A stretch of DNA of 64,000 nucleotides from Nitrospirota bacterium (GTDB lineage: Bacteria; Nitrospirota; UBA9217): assembly GCA_963796285.1 (NCBI GenBank), contig CAWCKW010000012.1:384001-448000 (forward strand), read 5' to 3'. A program made the position numbers and the translations under genes. Under the pieces are notes generated by a model. The model did no database searches, had not been told where the DNA came from, and saw nothing but the letters and a program-made list of their open reading frames with translations. This document shows positions 10,531 through 20,826 of this stretch, piece after piece; the first letter of the stretch is position 1, and the number at the start of each line of letters is the position of its first letter.

Positions 10531-11920
10531 ATGGAAAAACTACTGATCACCGATGACAATGAAGAAATACGGACTCAGCTGAAATGGGGCTTTAGCAAGG
10601 AATATGCGTTGCTCCTTGCCAGGGATGGGACGGAAACACTCGCCTTGTTCAAGAAGAATAACCCGCGGGTCACGACCCTGGACCTAGGCCTGCCTCCTCA
10701 TGAGAACGGGACCGAAGAAGGGTTCCGGTGTCTTCAGGAAATGCTCAGTCATAATCCAAGGGCAAAAGTTATTGTGATAACCGGCAATGACCAGCGGGAA
10801 AATGCGCTTAAGGCCGTTCATCTGGGGGCCTATGACTTCTATCAGAAACCGATAAATCTTGAGGAGCTCAAAGTAATCGTCCGGAGGGCATTTTACCTCT
10901 CAGCCATTGAAGAGCAGAACCGCGCTCTGCACAGTGCCCTTGAACGACAGACAGCACAGGTCGGCGGTATGATCGGCCAGTGTGCGGAGATGCAGGCTGG
11001 TATTCTCCACTATGCGGAAGATCGCCTCATCTGACGCGGCTGTCCTCGTCCAGGGCGAGAGCGGGACCGGGAAGGAACTGGTCGCGCGGGCGATCCATGC
11101 CATGAGTCTTCGCAAAAATGGCCCCTTTCTGCCCATTAACTGCGGTGCGATCCCGGAGACGCTTCTTGAGCCCGAGCTCTTCGGTCATGAGAAGGGGTCG
11201 TTCACCGGAGCACATGCTCAAGTACAAGGTAAGGTGGAATATGCCCAGGACGGGACGCTCTTCCTCGATGAGGTCGGAGAACTTCCCCTATCGCTCCAGG
11301 TGAAACTATTGAGATTTCTCCAGGACAAGACCATCCAGCGGGTGGGCGGCAGGGAAGATATCTCGGTCAACACACGGATCCTTGCTGCAACGAACAAGGA
11401 CCTTTTAAAGGAAGTAGAATCGGGAAAATTCAGGGAGGACCTGTACTACAGACTTGGGGTGGTTCTGATAAAGGTCCCGCCGCTCAGGGAGCGAAATGGT
11501 GATATCCCGGTCCTGGCCACCTTTTTTCTGAAGCGATATTGCGATCTGTATAATAAGAGAGTTCGGGGATTTAACTCGTCCGCCCTCGAGAGCATAGAGA
11601 CATATGCTTGGCCGGGCAACATACGGGAGTTGGAGAACAAGATCCAGAGGGCAGTGCTGTTATCAGACGGTCCTTTAATCGAACCCCGCGATCTTGGGTT
11701 TGACGCGAAATTGATGACACAGAGGAAGGTGAAATCCGACATCAGGACGCTTAAGGAAGCGAAGGAAAGTGTAGAAAAGGAAATAGTGGTATTCTCGCTC
11801 GAGAGAAATGAAGGGAATATCGCTAAATCCGCGGAAGAGATGGGGATCAGCAGACCGACCCTGTATGACCTCATGAAGAAGTATGGACTGTATAACGGGA
11901 CGCTTCATCAGGAGGCATGA
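10531..11920 (+). CDS. prsR: PEP-CTERM-box sigma54-dependent response regulator PrsR, one +1 frameshift near 10997
   Basis: Receiver [23 protein letters not shown]; AAA+ [32 protein letters not shown]; [16 protein letters not shown]. Split over two ORFs at atgcaggctggta. Confidence 0.88.
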
Positions 11921-12184
11921 GAAAGGGGTTAGTCAGTTGAAAATAAAATTCTTCTCAAAACAGGCGGAAAAATTCTCTCAGAGGAGTTTGAGTTCTCAGA
12001 GAAAAGCTAATAAATATTCTGGGTTAGAACCAAGACTGAAAGGTCTTCTTGACGTCCTTTGCCTGTGCCCGCGCCTTGGCAACAGCAGGGTACGGCTTTG
12101 CGTGAGACGTGTTTCAGCTTAGACCTTTCGGTTCTGGTTTGTCCGGTTTAGGGGTTAGCAGACAGGAGACAAGGTATCTCAAGC

Positions 12185-12619
12185 TTACGGATAAGTATAA
12201 CTCATGGAATTTGAATGTGCACTCTCTATTTCCATTCCGTTAACAGTAACAATAGCTGTGACGGCAAGATAGTACGTCTTGGATGTTTCCCGCGATATTT
12301 CATCAGTAAAGACAGTATTATTTAAATCAATCAGATTGATGCTTGTAGGCGGATTAGGGCCAGAGACGAGGTAGTCGGCATACCTGGCAGTAAGGTTAGC
12401 GTCAGTATATATATATATTCGATATCCCGTGAGCTCGCCTGGCTCAATGCGGGTGGTTCCATCATTGTATGTTGATGGTGCCTCCCATGCAAGCACTGTT
12501 TTTTCGGAGCCGGATAATGCTGCAGTCCCTCCACATTCATTGCACCCTGAAATAATGGTTGCAAGGACAGTGCAAAACACGAGTAAAGGAATGGCGCCTA
12601 AACAAGCTTTGCTGCGCAT
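12185..12619 (-). CDS. Putative lipoprotein with fibronectin type III-like domain
   Basis: RBS AGGAGG; lipobox IISGC; LAWEAP...GYRIY...YYLAVTA..ESAHSN FN3 pattern. Confidence 0.7.
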   Translation of the reverse strand: MRSKACLGAIPLLVFCTVLATIISGCNECGGTAALSGSEKTVLAWEAPSTYNDGTTRIEPGELTGYRIYIYTDANLTARYADYLVSGPNPPTSINLIDLNNTVFTDEISRETSKTYYLAVTAIVTVNGMEIESAHSNSMSYTYP

Positions 12620-12924
12620 ATCAACCTCCTTTTCTGGAAGTAAAAAGATGTCCTTCATGGAACCGATGGCCAGTAGGGTTCTTCCTGAACCTTCGGTCAG
12701 TGTCGGCTTAAATGCTCAAGTCCAATCACTACTCCATAAAGTTATCGTGGACAATTATTGAAGTATCCTTTTTCCGACCATTTTTTTGTTGCGATTTTAA
12801 TTGAAAAAAACATAGATGTCAACTATTCTTTGATGTTATTGTGTTATACTTTAGTAGCTTATGCATAGACTAAAAGAAATGTCTATGCTAATCTTATAAA
12901 CCGTCTTCACTGCGTTAATTTGCC

Positions 12925-13875
12925 ATGAGAGCTAGATTTCATAAAATGATCATTCTGAACTTATTCTTGTTCCTTCTCGCGTCAGGGGCAGCTCATTCTG
13001 CTTTTGCCGGACCGGTCGAAATTCAATCCATACAGATAACTCCTTCTGAAACCACGGTCGGAAGATATCCGGAAATTACCGGCAGTATCAAAGCGACCAA
13101 GGCGCTCGCGCGAGGCAAGACCCTGTCCATAACCGTGATTGCCGTAGTGGTCCGGCCGGACCATGTCGTGAAATCGTGGAGGTGGAAGAATGTACGCATT
13201 CGGACCGGTGACGTCAGATCTTTTACCATACCGAAAGAATACGAGGCGAAATTGGCCGGGACCTACAAAGTGGATTTTAATGTATATTCCGCGGACATGC
13301 TGCCTTTGCACAGGCTCTCCAAAACATTTGTAGCTGTCGCTCCATCACTTCCGCCTGCGATAAAAAAACCCCCGATAAAGCGCGGTGCGCGTACCGAAGC
13401 GACCTCTGAGCGAGCGGCTGGTAGTCCGGCAGAATACCGGAGTATGGGCGTCGGTCTTTATGCGAACACCCTGAACAGTACTGGTGGGGCAACGATGCTC
13501 CTGTGGCCATTTAAGTATGTGGGCTTACAGGCAAGTTACACCGTTGGGCAGTTTACGATCTCTGAAGGCAGGATCCTCGCGCGATATCCATTCTCATCAG
13601 GGATCACTCCCTATCTGGGCGCAGGGTATTTGAATGTCACCACGGAGCGAACAGTGGAGATAATCGGCATCAAGACCAGGTTTCAGAATAGTGGCGTGAG
13701 CGGTGTGATAGGCGTCGAGGTCCCGCTGGGAAAAAGCGTGTTCGGTTCTATCGAACTGAGCGGCGCATCAATAGACCTGAAAAAAGAGGTGGCCAGCGGA
13801 TCTATCACGGGGACCGCATCTGTTAAGTACGCCCCTGTTACCATCGGATTAAGCATAGTTTATTATCTGTTCTGA
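12925..13875 (+). CDS. Exported protein: Ig-like N-domain, Pro/Lys linker, C-terminal outer-membrane beta-barrel-like domain
   Basis: Signal peptide (SAFA), GTYKVDFNVY, TPYLGAGY, terminal YYLF. Confidence 0.65.
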   Translation: MRARFHKMIILNLFLFLLASGAAHSAFAGPVEIQSIQITPSETTVGRYPEITGSIKATKALARGKTLSITVIAVVVRPDHVVKSWRWKNVRIRTGDVRSFTIPKEYEAKLAGTYKVDFNVYSADMLPLHRLSKTFVAVAPSLPPAIKKPPIKRGARTEATSERAAGSPAEYRSMGVGLYANTLNSTGGATMLLWPFKYVGLQASYTVGQFTISEGRILARYPFSSGITPYLGAGYLNVTTERTVEIIGIKTRFQNSGVSGVIGVEVPLGKSVFGSIELSGASIDLKKEVASGSITGTASVKYAPVTIGLSIVYYLF

Positions 13876-14027
13876 TGATTTGACTATGAAGTATTGTGAT
13901 CTTCGATAGAACTAGATCCAACATCATAGTATCTTAATTCATTGACTTCTTCTTTTTGGTTCCTGTTTGTTCACTGAAGTATGGATGGCATGAATGCGTA
14001 TCCCCCTTTGTGGTATAATTAAAAGCA

Positions 14028-14795
14028 ATGAAAACGGAAAATAAAATAAATACTAATCCAGCTAATGGAAAAGCGAAGAGGCCGGGCGCCGTTGTCCGCA
14101 CAGAAAAGAGAAGGTCCGAAGACAGGGTCACGCTGTTAAAACGCATCCGCCTCTTCTATTCTCTTACCGACAAGGAGCTCTATGAGCTGTCTCAGAAAGT
14201 ACGGCTCAAGGAATTCAGGAAAAACCATATTATTCTCCACGAGGAGGATACGAACGGCTTCATGTATATCATCGTTCAGGGGAAGGTAAAGATATATCAG
14301 ATGGGGGACGAAGGAAAGGAGATGATCCTGTCCGTACATGGCGCGGGAGAATTCTTCGGAGAAATGTCCCTCATAGACGGTAAAACAGACCCTGCGACAG
14401 TCGCAGCGATGGAGCTCTCACTGGTAGCAATCATATCACGGGACGACTTCTACGCTATGCTGTACTCCCAGAAAAAGATCCTGGAAAATCTGCTGGAGCT
14501 CCTCTGCTCCAGACTGCGTGAGTCATGGAAAAAGATCCAGATGCTGAATTTTAACGATGCTGCGCAGCGGGTCAAGATGCTCTTGCTCATGCTTGCGGAA
14601 GACTACGGAGATAAAACAGCGGAAGGGACAACCATCAGGATCAAGCTTATTCATCAAAATATGGCGGACATGACCGGTCTTTCCCGCGAGACGGTGACGC
14701 GGGTGCTCGACAAAATGAAGAATAATAGAGAGATAAAGATAACGAAAGATAAATTTATTCAGCTCTTGCCGGAGTTTGATTCAATTTCGCTGTAG
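14028..14795 (+). CDS. Crp/Fnr family transcriptional regulator
   Basis: cNMP-binding domain GEFFGEMSLIDG; HTH ADMTGLSRETVTRVL. Confidence 0.92.
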   Translation: MKTENKINTNPANGKAKRPGAVVRTEKRRSEDRVTLLKRIRLFYSLTDKELYELSQKVRLKEFRKNHIILHEEDTNGFMYIIVQGKVKIYQMGDEGKEMILSVHGAGEFFGEMSLIDGKTDPATVAAMELSLVAIISRDDFYAMLYSQKKILENLLELLCSRLRESWKKIQMLNFNDAAQRVKMLLLMLAEDYGDKTAEGTTIRIKLIHQNMADMTGLSRETVTRVLDKMKNNREIKITKDKFIQLLPEFDSISL

Positions 14796-15015
14796 CAGCG
14801 CGCTGCGGGGATTTTTAACATATCTCGTCGTATTATCCAACCACGTACCTGAACAAGGTTCAGGCTTCTACTGAAAAAGGATCCCCAAAACTGAAGTTCA
14901 GCTTGGATAAACCGATGAACACAAAAAACCTCGATACACGGCAAGCCTTACCTGGTCGCGCTCTAAGAAAAACGTCACGGGCCATCCAAACCGATGAGGG
15001 GGATGGTTTTTATCC

Positions 15016-15044
15016 TTGACAAACCCTCTGAAATTTCATAGAAT
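15016..15044 (+). promoter_or_regulatory. sigma70 promoter of tRNA-Val
   Basis: TTGACA-17 nt-TAGAAT, 26 nt upstream of the tRNA. Confidence 0.75.
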
Positions 15045-15070
15045 TCGCTCTTGCAAATGAAGACGCAGAC

Positions 15071-15145
15071 AGGCTCGTAGCTCAGGGGGAGAGCGCTACC
15101 TTGACACGGTAGAGGTCGGCGGTTCGAAACCGCCCGGGCCTACCA
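15071..15145 (+). tRNA. tRNA-Val(GAC)
   Basis: Acceptor stem AGGCTCG/CGGGCCT, anticodon arm CTACC-TTGACAC-GGTAG, T loop GGTTCGAAACC, encoded CCA. Confidence 0.97.
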
Positions 15146-15155
15146 CTAGAAACAG

Positions 15156-15189
15156 GGAGTTAGCTGACACAGGCTGACTCCTTTTTTTT
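15156..15189 (+). terminator. Intrinsic terminator after tRNA-Val
   Basis: GGAGTTAGC/GCTGACTCC hairpin followed by T8. Confidence 0.85.
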
Positions 15190-15346
15190 GTGCAGATGGC
15201 CGCCGGTTTGCAGTTGCCGGGCTGGTCCACGAAGGGGATCCAGCTTGTTCACGGCCTTCCCTTTGTTTCTCCGGGCAACGTGGGCCTCGAAGGGCCGTCC
15301 TTCGCTCCAGTCAGTCTATAATTATCTCAGTTACCATTAAATTCTC

Positions 15347-16078
15347 ATGGACATTATTATTGCGCAAAATCTCATAAAAGACTACAACGGCCTCCGGGCC
15401 GTCAATAACATTAATTTCACCATTCACCAGGGCGAATGCTTCGGATTCCTTGGCCCGAACGGAGCAGGCAAGACCACGGTGATGCGTATCATCTCCTGCT
15501 TCATGCCGCCGACATCGGGCACGGTGACGGTCTTCGGCACGGACGTTACCGCCGGACCGAGCGACATCAAATCCCGTCTCGGCATCATGCCGCAGGAAGA
15601 AAACCTCGACCCGGACCTTTCCGTGACCGAGAACCTTGTAGTGTATGCGAGGTACTTCGATATCAGGAAGAAAGACAGCCAGCGGCTTGTCCGCGAACTG
15701 CTCGAATTCGCGGAGCTCCAGGACAAGGCGGATGCAAAGATCGATCAGCTTTCCGGCGGTATGAAGCACCGGCTTCTGCTTGCCCGCTCGCTCGTGAACA
15801 ATCCCGAGATTCTGATTCTCGACGAACCCACGACAGGCCTGGACCCGCACAGCAGGCGGGCGGTCTGGGGCAAACTGAACAATCTTAAATTCCGGAACAC
15901 CACGCTTCTTCTTACGACGCATTACATGGAAGAAGCTGAGAACCTCTGTGACCGCGTGGCGATCATGGACTCGGGGAGGATCATCACGATCGATTCGCCG
16001 GAGAATCTCGTGGCCTTGCACGGCGGCAACCTTGAGCATGTATATCTCAAGTTGACGGGGAGGAGCCTTGCGGATTAA
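15347..16078 (+). CDS. ABC-2 exporter ATP-binding subunit (NodI/DrrA-like)
   Basis: GPNGAGKT, LSGGMK, LILDEPTTGLD, TTHYMEEA. Confidence 0.92.
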   Translation: MDIIIAQNLIKDYNGLRAVNNINFTIHQGECFGFLGPNGAGKTTVMRIISCFMPPTSGTVTVFGTDVTAGPSDIKSRLGIMPQEENLDPDLSVTENLVVYARYFDIRKKDSQRLVRELLEFAELQDKADAKIDQLSGGMKHRLLLARSLVNNPEILILDEPTTGLDPHSRRAVWGKLNNLKFRNTTLLLTTHYMEEAENLCDRVAIMDSGRIITIDSPENLVALHGGNLEHVYLKLTGRSLAD

Positions 16079-16823
16079 GCGAGTTTTCAGCGTCTGGCAA
16101 CGGCACTGGCTGGTCTATACCAAGCTGTATAAGACGAGCTTTGCGCTCAACTTCTTCGAACCTGCCGTATACCTGGTGGCCATGGGCTTCGGGCTCGGCG
16201 CGTTCGTGCAGAATATCCATGGTCAACCATACATCAACTTCATTGCGCCGGGCATCGTGGCGTCCTCGTCGGTCTTCGCCGCGGTCTATGAGTGTACCTA
16301 CGGCACCTATATCCGGATGACGTTCCAGAAGACCTTTGACGCCATCCTCGCGACGCCGGTGAACCTCGACGATCTCGTTGCCGGCGAGCTCATGTGGGGT
16401 GCTACCAAGAGCGTGATCTTCGGGATCACGATAATGATCGTGATCGCCCTGTTCGGGCTGGTGGGCTCATGGCGAATCGTGCTCGCGATACCCTTTATCT
16501 TCCTGGGCGGGCTGATCTTTGCCGAGCTTTCCGTTGTATTCTGCGCGATCGTGCCGGGCATCGATTCGTTCAGTTATTTCTACACGCTCTTCATGACGCC
16601 GCTGTTCCTCTTTTCCGGTATCTTTTTCCCGCTGGATGCCATGCCGCACATGGTCTCCAACCTCGCCTTCTTTTCACCGCTCTACCACCTCGTGAATATC
16701 TGCCGAGCCTTTTCAGCGGGCAGCATCGGCACCGAGCTCTGGAGCATGGTATGGCTGGTCGTTGTCGTTGCCCTCCTTGCGCCGTTCCCATTCAGGCTCA
16801 TGAAAAAGAAGATCGTTGTCTAG
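16068..16823 (+). CDS. ABC-2 exporter permease (NodJ-like)
   Basis: Six TMs; YINFIAPG, QKTFDAILATP, FLFSGIFFPLD; overlaps the ATPase gene end. Confidence 0.9.
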   Translation: MRIKRVFSVWQRHWLVYTKLYKTSFALNFFEPAVYLVAMGFGLGAFVQNIHGQPYINFIAPGIVASSSVFAAVYECTYGTYIRMTFQKTFDAILATPVNLDDLVAGELMWGATKSVIFGITIMIVIALFGLVGSWRIVLAIPFIFLGGLIFAELSVVFCAIVPGIDSFSYFYTLFMTPLFLFSGIFFPLDAMPHMVSNLAFFSPLYHLVNICRAFSAGSIGTELWSMVWLVVVVALLAPFPFRLMKKKIVV

Positions 16824-16923
16824 CCTGGAGACCGTGTCTGTTGCAAAATTAATGTTAGAGCCGGAGAATCGTGTTATAATTTCAGCAGCCACAGATCGTC
16901 AACAAGGTATGAGGTCGATTTGC

Positions 16924-17904
16924 ATGTACCATCCAAGATTTTTTGACAAGGTCGGGTCAATTACCGGAGAGCCATTAACAGCGCAGGGGATCAAGGTTTT
17001 ACAGGTAAATCTTGGATACCGGTGTAACATGGCATGCACCCATTGCCATGTGTCCGCAGGCCCCTCCCGTTCTGAACAGATGTCGCGAGAGATAGTTGAG
17101 TCCGTGTTGCGCGTCCTTGCAGACAATCCAATTAACACCCTCGATATCACCGGAGGTGCTCCGGAATTGAATCCTCATTTCCGGATGCTCATTTCCAGCG
17201 CGGGGAGGGAGGATAAACGGGTCATTGTTCGAACCAATCTATCTATATTATTGGACAAGGGGAATGAGGACCTGCCGGACTTCTACCGGGACCATGGAGT
17301 GGACCTGGTCGCTTCGCTCCCCTGCTATCTTGAAGAGAACGTGGACGCCGTGAGGGGCATCGGCGCCTTTGGCAAAAGTATCAGCGCCCTTCGCATGCTC
17401 AACAGCGCGGGCTTTGGAAACGGGCCGGATGGTCGGTCGCTCACCCTGGTCTTCAATCCCCGGGGGGCATTTCTGTCTCCCTCGCAACATGCCCTGGAAG
17501 CGGATTATAAACGAGAATTGAAAAAACGCCATGATGTGACGTTCGACCGATTATTCGCCTTTACTAATATGCCTGTGGGCAGGTTTAGAGATACACTGGT
17601 CAGAAACGGCAATCTCGAGATCTACCAGGAAATGCTCGCGTCGGCGTTCAACCCTGCCGCGCTTGAAAACATCATGTGCCGTTCAATGGTGAGCGTCGGA
17701 TGGGACGGCAGGCTGTATGACTGTGACTTTAATCAGGCCCTTGGTCTTGGTCTGGATAGCAGTGTTCCTCAGCATATCAGGAATTTTGACCATGCGGTTC
17801 TTTCCCGCCGCGTCCTTACTGTGAATGATCACTGTTTTGGATGTACGGCAGGGCAGGGGTCCTCGTGCGCAGGCGCGACGGCATCGAAAATGGTCACTTG
17901 CTGA
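16924..17904 (+). CDS. arsS: ArsS-like radical SAM protein (DUF3641, Cys-rich C-terminus)
   Basis: LQVNLGYRCNMACTHCHV, DITGGAPELNP, ASLPCY, YDCDFNQ, HCFGCTAGQGSSC. Confidence 0.8.
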   Translation: MYHPRFFDKVGSITGEPLTAQGIKVLQVNLGYRCNMACTHCHVSAGPSRSEQMSREIVESVLRVLADNPINTLDITGGAPELNPHFRMLISSAGREDKRVIVRTNLSILLDKGNEDLPDFYRDHGVDLVASLPCYLEENVDAVRGIGAFGKSISALRMLNSAGFGNGPDGRSLTLVFNPRGAFLSPSQHALEADYKRELKKRHDVTFDRLFAFTNMPVGRFRDTLVRNGNLEIYQEMLASAFNPAALENIMCRSMVSVGWDGRLYDCDFNQALGLGLDSSVPQHIRNFDHAVLSRRVLTVNDHCFGCTAGQGSSCAGATASKMVTC

Positions 17905-17974
17905 AGAATATAGGGAGTATCCCCTCACCGCAATTTTCTCCCCAATGGGGAGAGGAAGAAAAAAGGCCCCAATC

Positions 17975-19501
17975 ATGGAACAACATCCCTTAATTCTTCC
18001 TCAAGACGTACATAATCAGACTCTTGTCGACAATGTCCATCCCGCGGCATGGAGGAATCCTGAGCCGGCTCCGTACTATAACCTTGTCGTGATCGGCGCA
18101 GGCACAGCCGGTCTGATCGCTGCCGCCGGAGCGGCGGGTTTGGGGGCAAAAGTCGCTTTGATCGAACGTCATCTTATGGGCGGCGATTGCCTCAATGTCG
18201 GCTGCGTGCCTTCCAAGGGGATCATCAGGGCAAGCCGAGCAGCGTATGATGTAAAAACCGCCGGAGTGTTCGGCATCACCTGTGAAGGAAATATTTCGAT
18301 CGATTTCAGCAAAGCCATGGAGCGCATGCGCTGCATCAGGGCAAGGATCAGCTCCCGTGATTCCTTTGAGAGATTCAGCAAAGAGCTTGGCATTGACGTA
18401 TTTCTCGGAAGCGGGATGTTCACGGGGCGCGACAGGATTGAGGTGGACGGGAAGTCTCTTCGATTCAGGAAGGCAGCGGTCTGCACCGGTGAGAGGGCGG
18501 CGGCCCCGCCTATACCCGGGATCGCGGAGACGGGTTACCTCACCAATGAAACTTTATTCTGGCTGACGGAACTTCCGAAAAGGCTTCTCGTGATCGGCGG
18601 CGGTCCTATCGGCTGCGAGCTGGCCCAAGCCTTTGCGCGCCTGGGGAGCGAGGTCACGATCATCGAGGCGGTCGGCCGCGTGCTCGTGCGTGAGGACGCT
18701 GACGCCGCCGAGATCGTCCAGCAGTCCATGCTGCGCGACGGGGTAACCCTTGCCCTGAACGCGAAGGTTCTGAAAACAGAGAGGCGCGGTGCTGCCAAGA
18801 TCATCACTATCGAGCAGAATGGAAAGTCTATTGAGTTCGCTGGAGACGAGATATTGGTCAGCGTCGGCAGGGCCCCGAACGTGGACGGTCTGGATCTCGA
18901 AACCGCTGGAATCGCCTACGACCCGGGGATGGGTGTGAAGGTGAACGATATGCTCCGGACATCAAATCCGCGCGTGTATGCGGCCGGGGACATTTGCTTT
19001 CCCTATAAGTTCACGCACACTGCCGATGCCCTGGCGCGCATCGTGATCGCGAACGCGTTGTTCAAGGGACGGCAGAAGACGTCCTCCCTTGTGATTCCCT
19101 GGTGCACGTACACGGACCCGGAGGTGGCCCATGCGGGAATGTACGAAAAAGACGCTCGCGACAAGGGGATCGAGGTGCTGTCCCTGACGGTGATGCTCAG
19201 AGATATCGACCGTGCGCTGCTTGATGGTGAGACAGAAGGGTTTGCGCGGGTACACCTGAAGAAGGGGAGCGATACAATACTTGGCGCTACCATTGTCGCA
19301 CGCCATGCCGGAGAAATGATCAACGAACTGTCGCTTGCCATTACCGCAGGTCTTGGTCTTTCGGCCATTGGCAAGACCATCCATCCCTATCCCACCCAGG
19401 CCGAGGCGATCAAGCGGCTTGCTGACGTATACAACCGGACGAGGCTGACACCGTTCGTCAAGAAGCTGTTCACCGCCTGGTTGAAATGGCAGCGGTCATA
19501 A
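17975..19501 (+). CDS. FAD-dependent pyridine nucleotide-disulfide oxidoreductase (MerA/LpdA-like)
   Basis: GAGTAG, GGDCLNVGCVPSK, GGGPIGCE, HPYPT; lacks the C-terminal CC pair of true MerA. Confidence 0.9.
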   Translation: MEQHPLILPQDVHNQTLVDNVHPAAWRNPEPAPYYNLVVIGAGTAGLIAAAGAAGLGAKVALIERHLMGGDCLNVGCVPSKGIIRASRAAYDVKTAGVFGITCEGNISIDFSKAMERMRCIRARISSRDSFERFSKELGIDVFLGSGMFTGRDRIEVDGKSLRFRKAAVCTGERAAAPPIPGIAETGYLTNETLFWLTELPKRLLVIGGGPIGCELAQAFARLGSEVTIIEAVGRVLVREDADAAEIVQQSMLRDGVTLALNAKVLKTERRGAAKIITIEQNGKSIEFAGDEILVSVGRAPNVDGLDLETAGIAYDPGMGVKVNDMLRTSNPRVYAAGDICFPYKFTHTADALARIVIANALFKGRQKTSSLVIPWCTYTDPEVAHAGMYEKDARDKGIEVLSLTVMLRDIDRALLDGETEGFARVHLKKGSDTILGATIVARHAGEMINELSLAITAGLGLSAIGKTIHPYPTQAEAIKRLADVYNRTRLTPFVKKLFTAWLKWQRS

Positions 19502-19516
19502 ACGGCTGGAGATACG

Positions 19517-20200
19517 ATGGCCAAAAAAAAGCTCATTCTTGCGGCAATCGTAGGTGTGCTCATCACGCTGTTCTTCGTATTCGACCTGGGAAGGTTCCTG
19601 ACCCTGGATTCGCTCAAGGCCAACCGCGATGCGTTGACAGCGTTCTATCAGGAGAACCCGTTCGTCATGGCCGGTGCCTTTATCGCCATCTATATCATCC
19701 AGAGCGCGCTGTTCCTTCCCGGAGCCGCAGTCTTCTCCCTTGCAGCAGGCGCCATATTCGGCGCTGTCATGGGGACTCTATATGTCAATATCGGCGCCAC
19801 GGTCGGCGCGACACTGGCCTTCCTCGTGGCTCGCTATCTGTTCCACGACGTGATCCAGAACAAATTCGGGGCCCGTCTGGAAAAGATGAACAGGGAACTC
19901 GAGGCACGAAGCTTCAACTATCTCCTGTTCCTGAGACTGATCCCGGTCTTCCCCTTTTTTCTGATAAACCTCGGGGCCGGACTGACACGCATGTCCCTCC
20001 GGACCTTCTTTCTCGGCACCATGATGGGTATGATCCCCGGTAGTTTCGTGTTCTGCAATGCCGGCGCCAGTCTTGCCACGATCACCAGCATGAGCGAGGT
20101 CGCTTCGCCCCGCGTGCTCGGGTCCTTTGCCCTGCTGGGATTATTCGCTCTTGTTCCGGCGCTCTATCAGAAGTTCAAACGAAAACAGGGAGGGCCATGA
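19517..20200 (+). CDS. TVP38/TMEM64 (DedA/VTT) family membrane protein
   Basis: [32 protein letters not shown]. Confidence 0.92.
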   Translation: MAKKKLILAAIVGVLITLFFVFDLGRFLTLDSLKANRDALTAFYQENPFVMAGAFIAIYIIQSALFLPGAAVFSLAAGAIFGAVMGTLYVNIGATVGATLAFLVARYLFHDVIQNKFGARLEKMNRELEARSFNYLLFLRLIPVFPFFLINLGAGLTRMSLRTFFLGTMMGMIPGSFVFCNAGASLATITSMSEVASPRVLGSFALLGLFALVPALYQKFKRKQGGP

Positions 20201-20204
20201 AACA

Positions 20205-20664
20205 ATGAAGATCGCTATCGGAGCTGACCACGGTGGATTCCTGCTCAAGGTGGAGCTGGTAAACTATCTAACGCAGTCCGGCCAGAGTCCCCTCGATCTG
20301 GGGACTTTCAGCAGCGACGCTGTTGACTACCCGGATTATGCCCGTGCCGTTGCCATGGCCCTTCGCGGACACAAGGCTGACCGGGGGATCCTGATCTGCG
20401 GAAGCGGCGTGGGTGCATGCGTGGCAGCGAACAAGTTCCCTGGTATCCGCGCGGCTGTTTGTCATGACACCTTTTCCGCTCGCCAGGGGGTTGAGGATGA
20501 CGATATGAATGTCCTCTGTCTCGGAGCGCGAGTGATAGGCAGTGAACTGGCGAAAGAACTCGTCCGCACATTCCTGGCCGTCAACGTTTTCGAACGCGGA
20601 ACGGCACGTGAGACGGCTTGCCAAGGTGCGCGAGATCGAGAAAGAGTTCATGGAACATTCATGA
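20205..20664 (+). CDS. rpiB: Ribose-5-phosphate isomerase B, +1 frameshift near 20584
   Basis: [40 protein letters not shown]; alternative frame supplies [14 protein letters not shown] ending at TGA 20664. Confidence 0.9.
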
Positions 20665-20826
20665 GTCTTCGGCTCATATTAGAACAGGAAACTCACCTGC
20701 CTTGAACTCTCCCTGAAAAGCCGGGGAACTTGACTACTCCTCATTATGACAAGGGAAGGATCCGCGGGCTGTCTTTTCAGGTATAATAAGAATTGACCTC
20801 AACCGTTACTCGAAGAGGAGATCATC

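Noticed and set aside
12630-12725. c-di-GMP-I/GEMM riboswitch upstream of the lipoprotein gene
   Set aside because: Small hairpins are present, but the GGCAAAC...GAAA...GACGCAAAGC core is absent.
15071-15345. Integrative element at tRNA-Val
   Set aside because: No adjacent integrase and no duplicated tRNA 3' end seen in the window.
16924-17907. Selenocysteine in the ArsS-like protein
   Set aside because: The GSSC motif uses a Cys codon, and the terminal TGA lies beyond the conserved region.
17975-19501. True mercuric reductase merA
   Set aside because: No C-terminal Cys-Cys, no NmerA domain and no merR/T/P neighbours.
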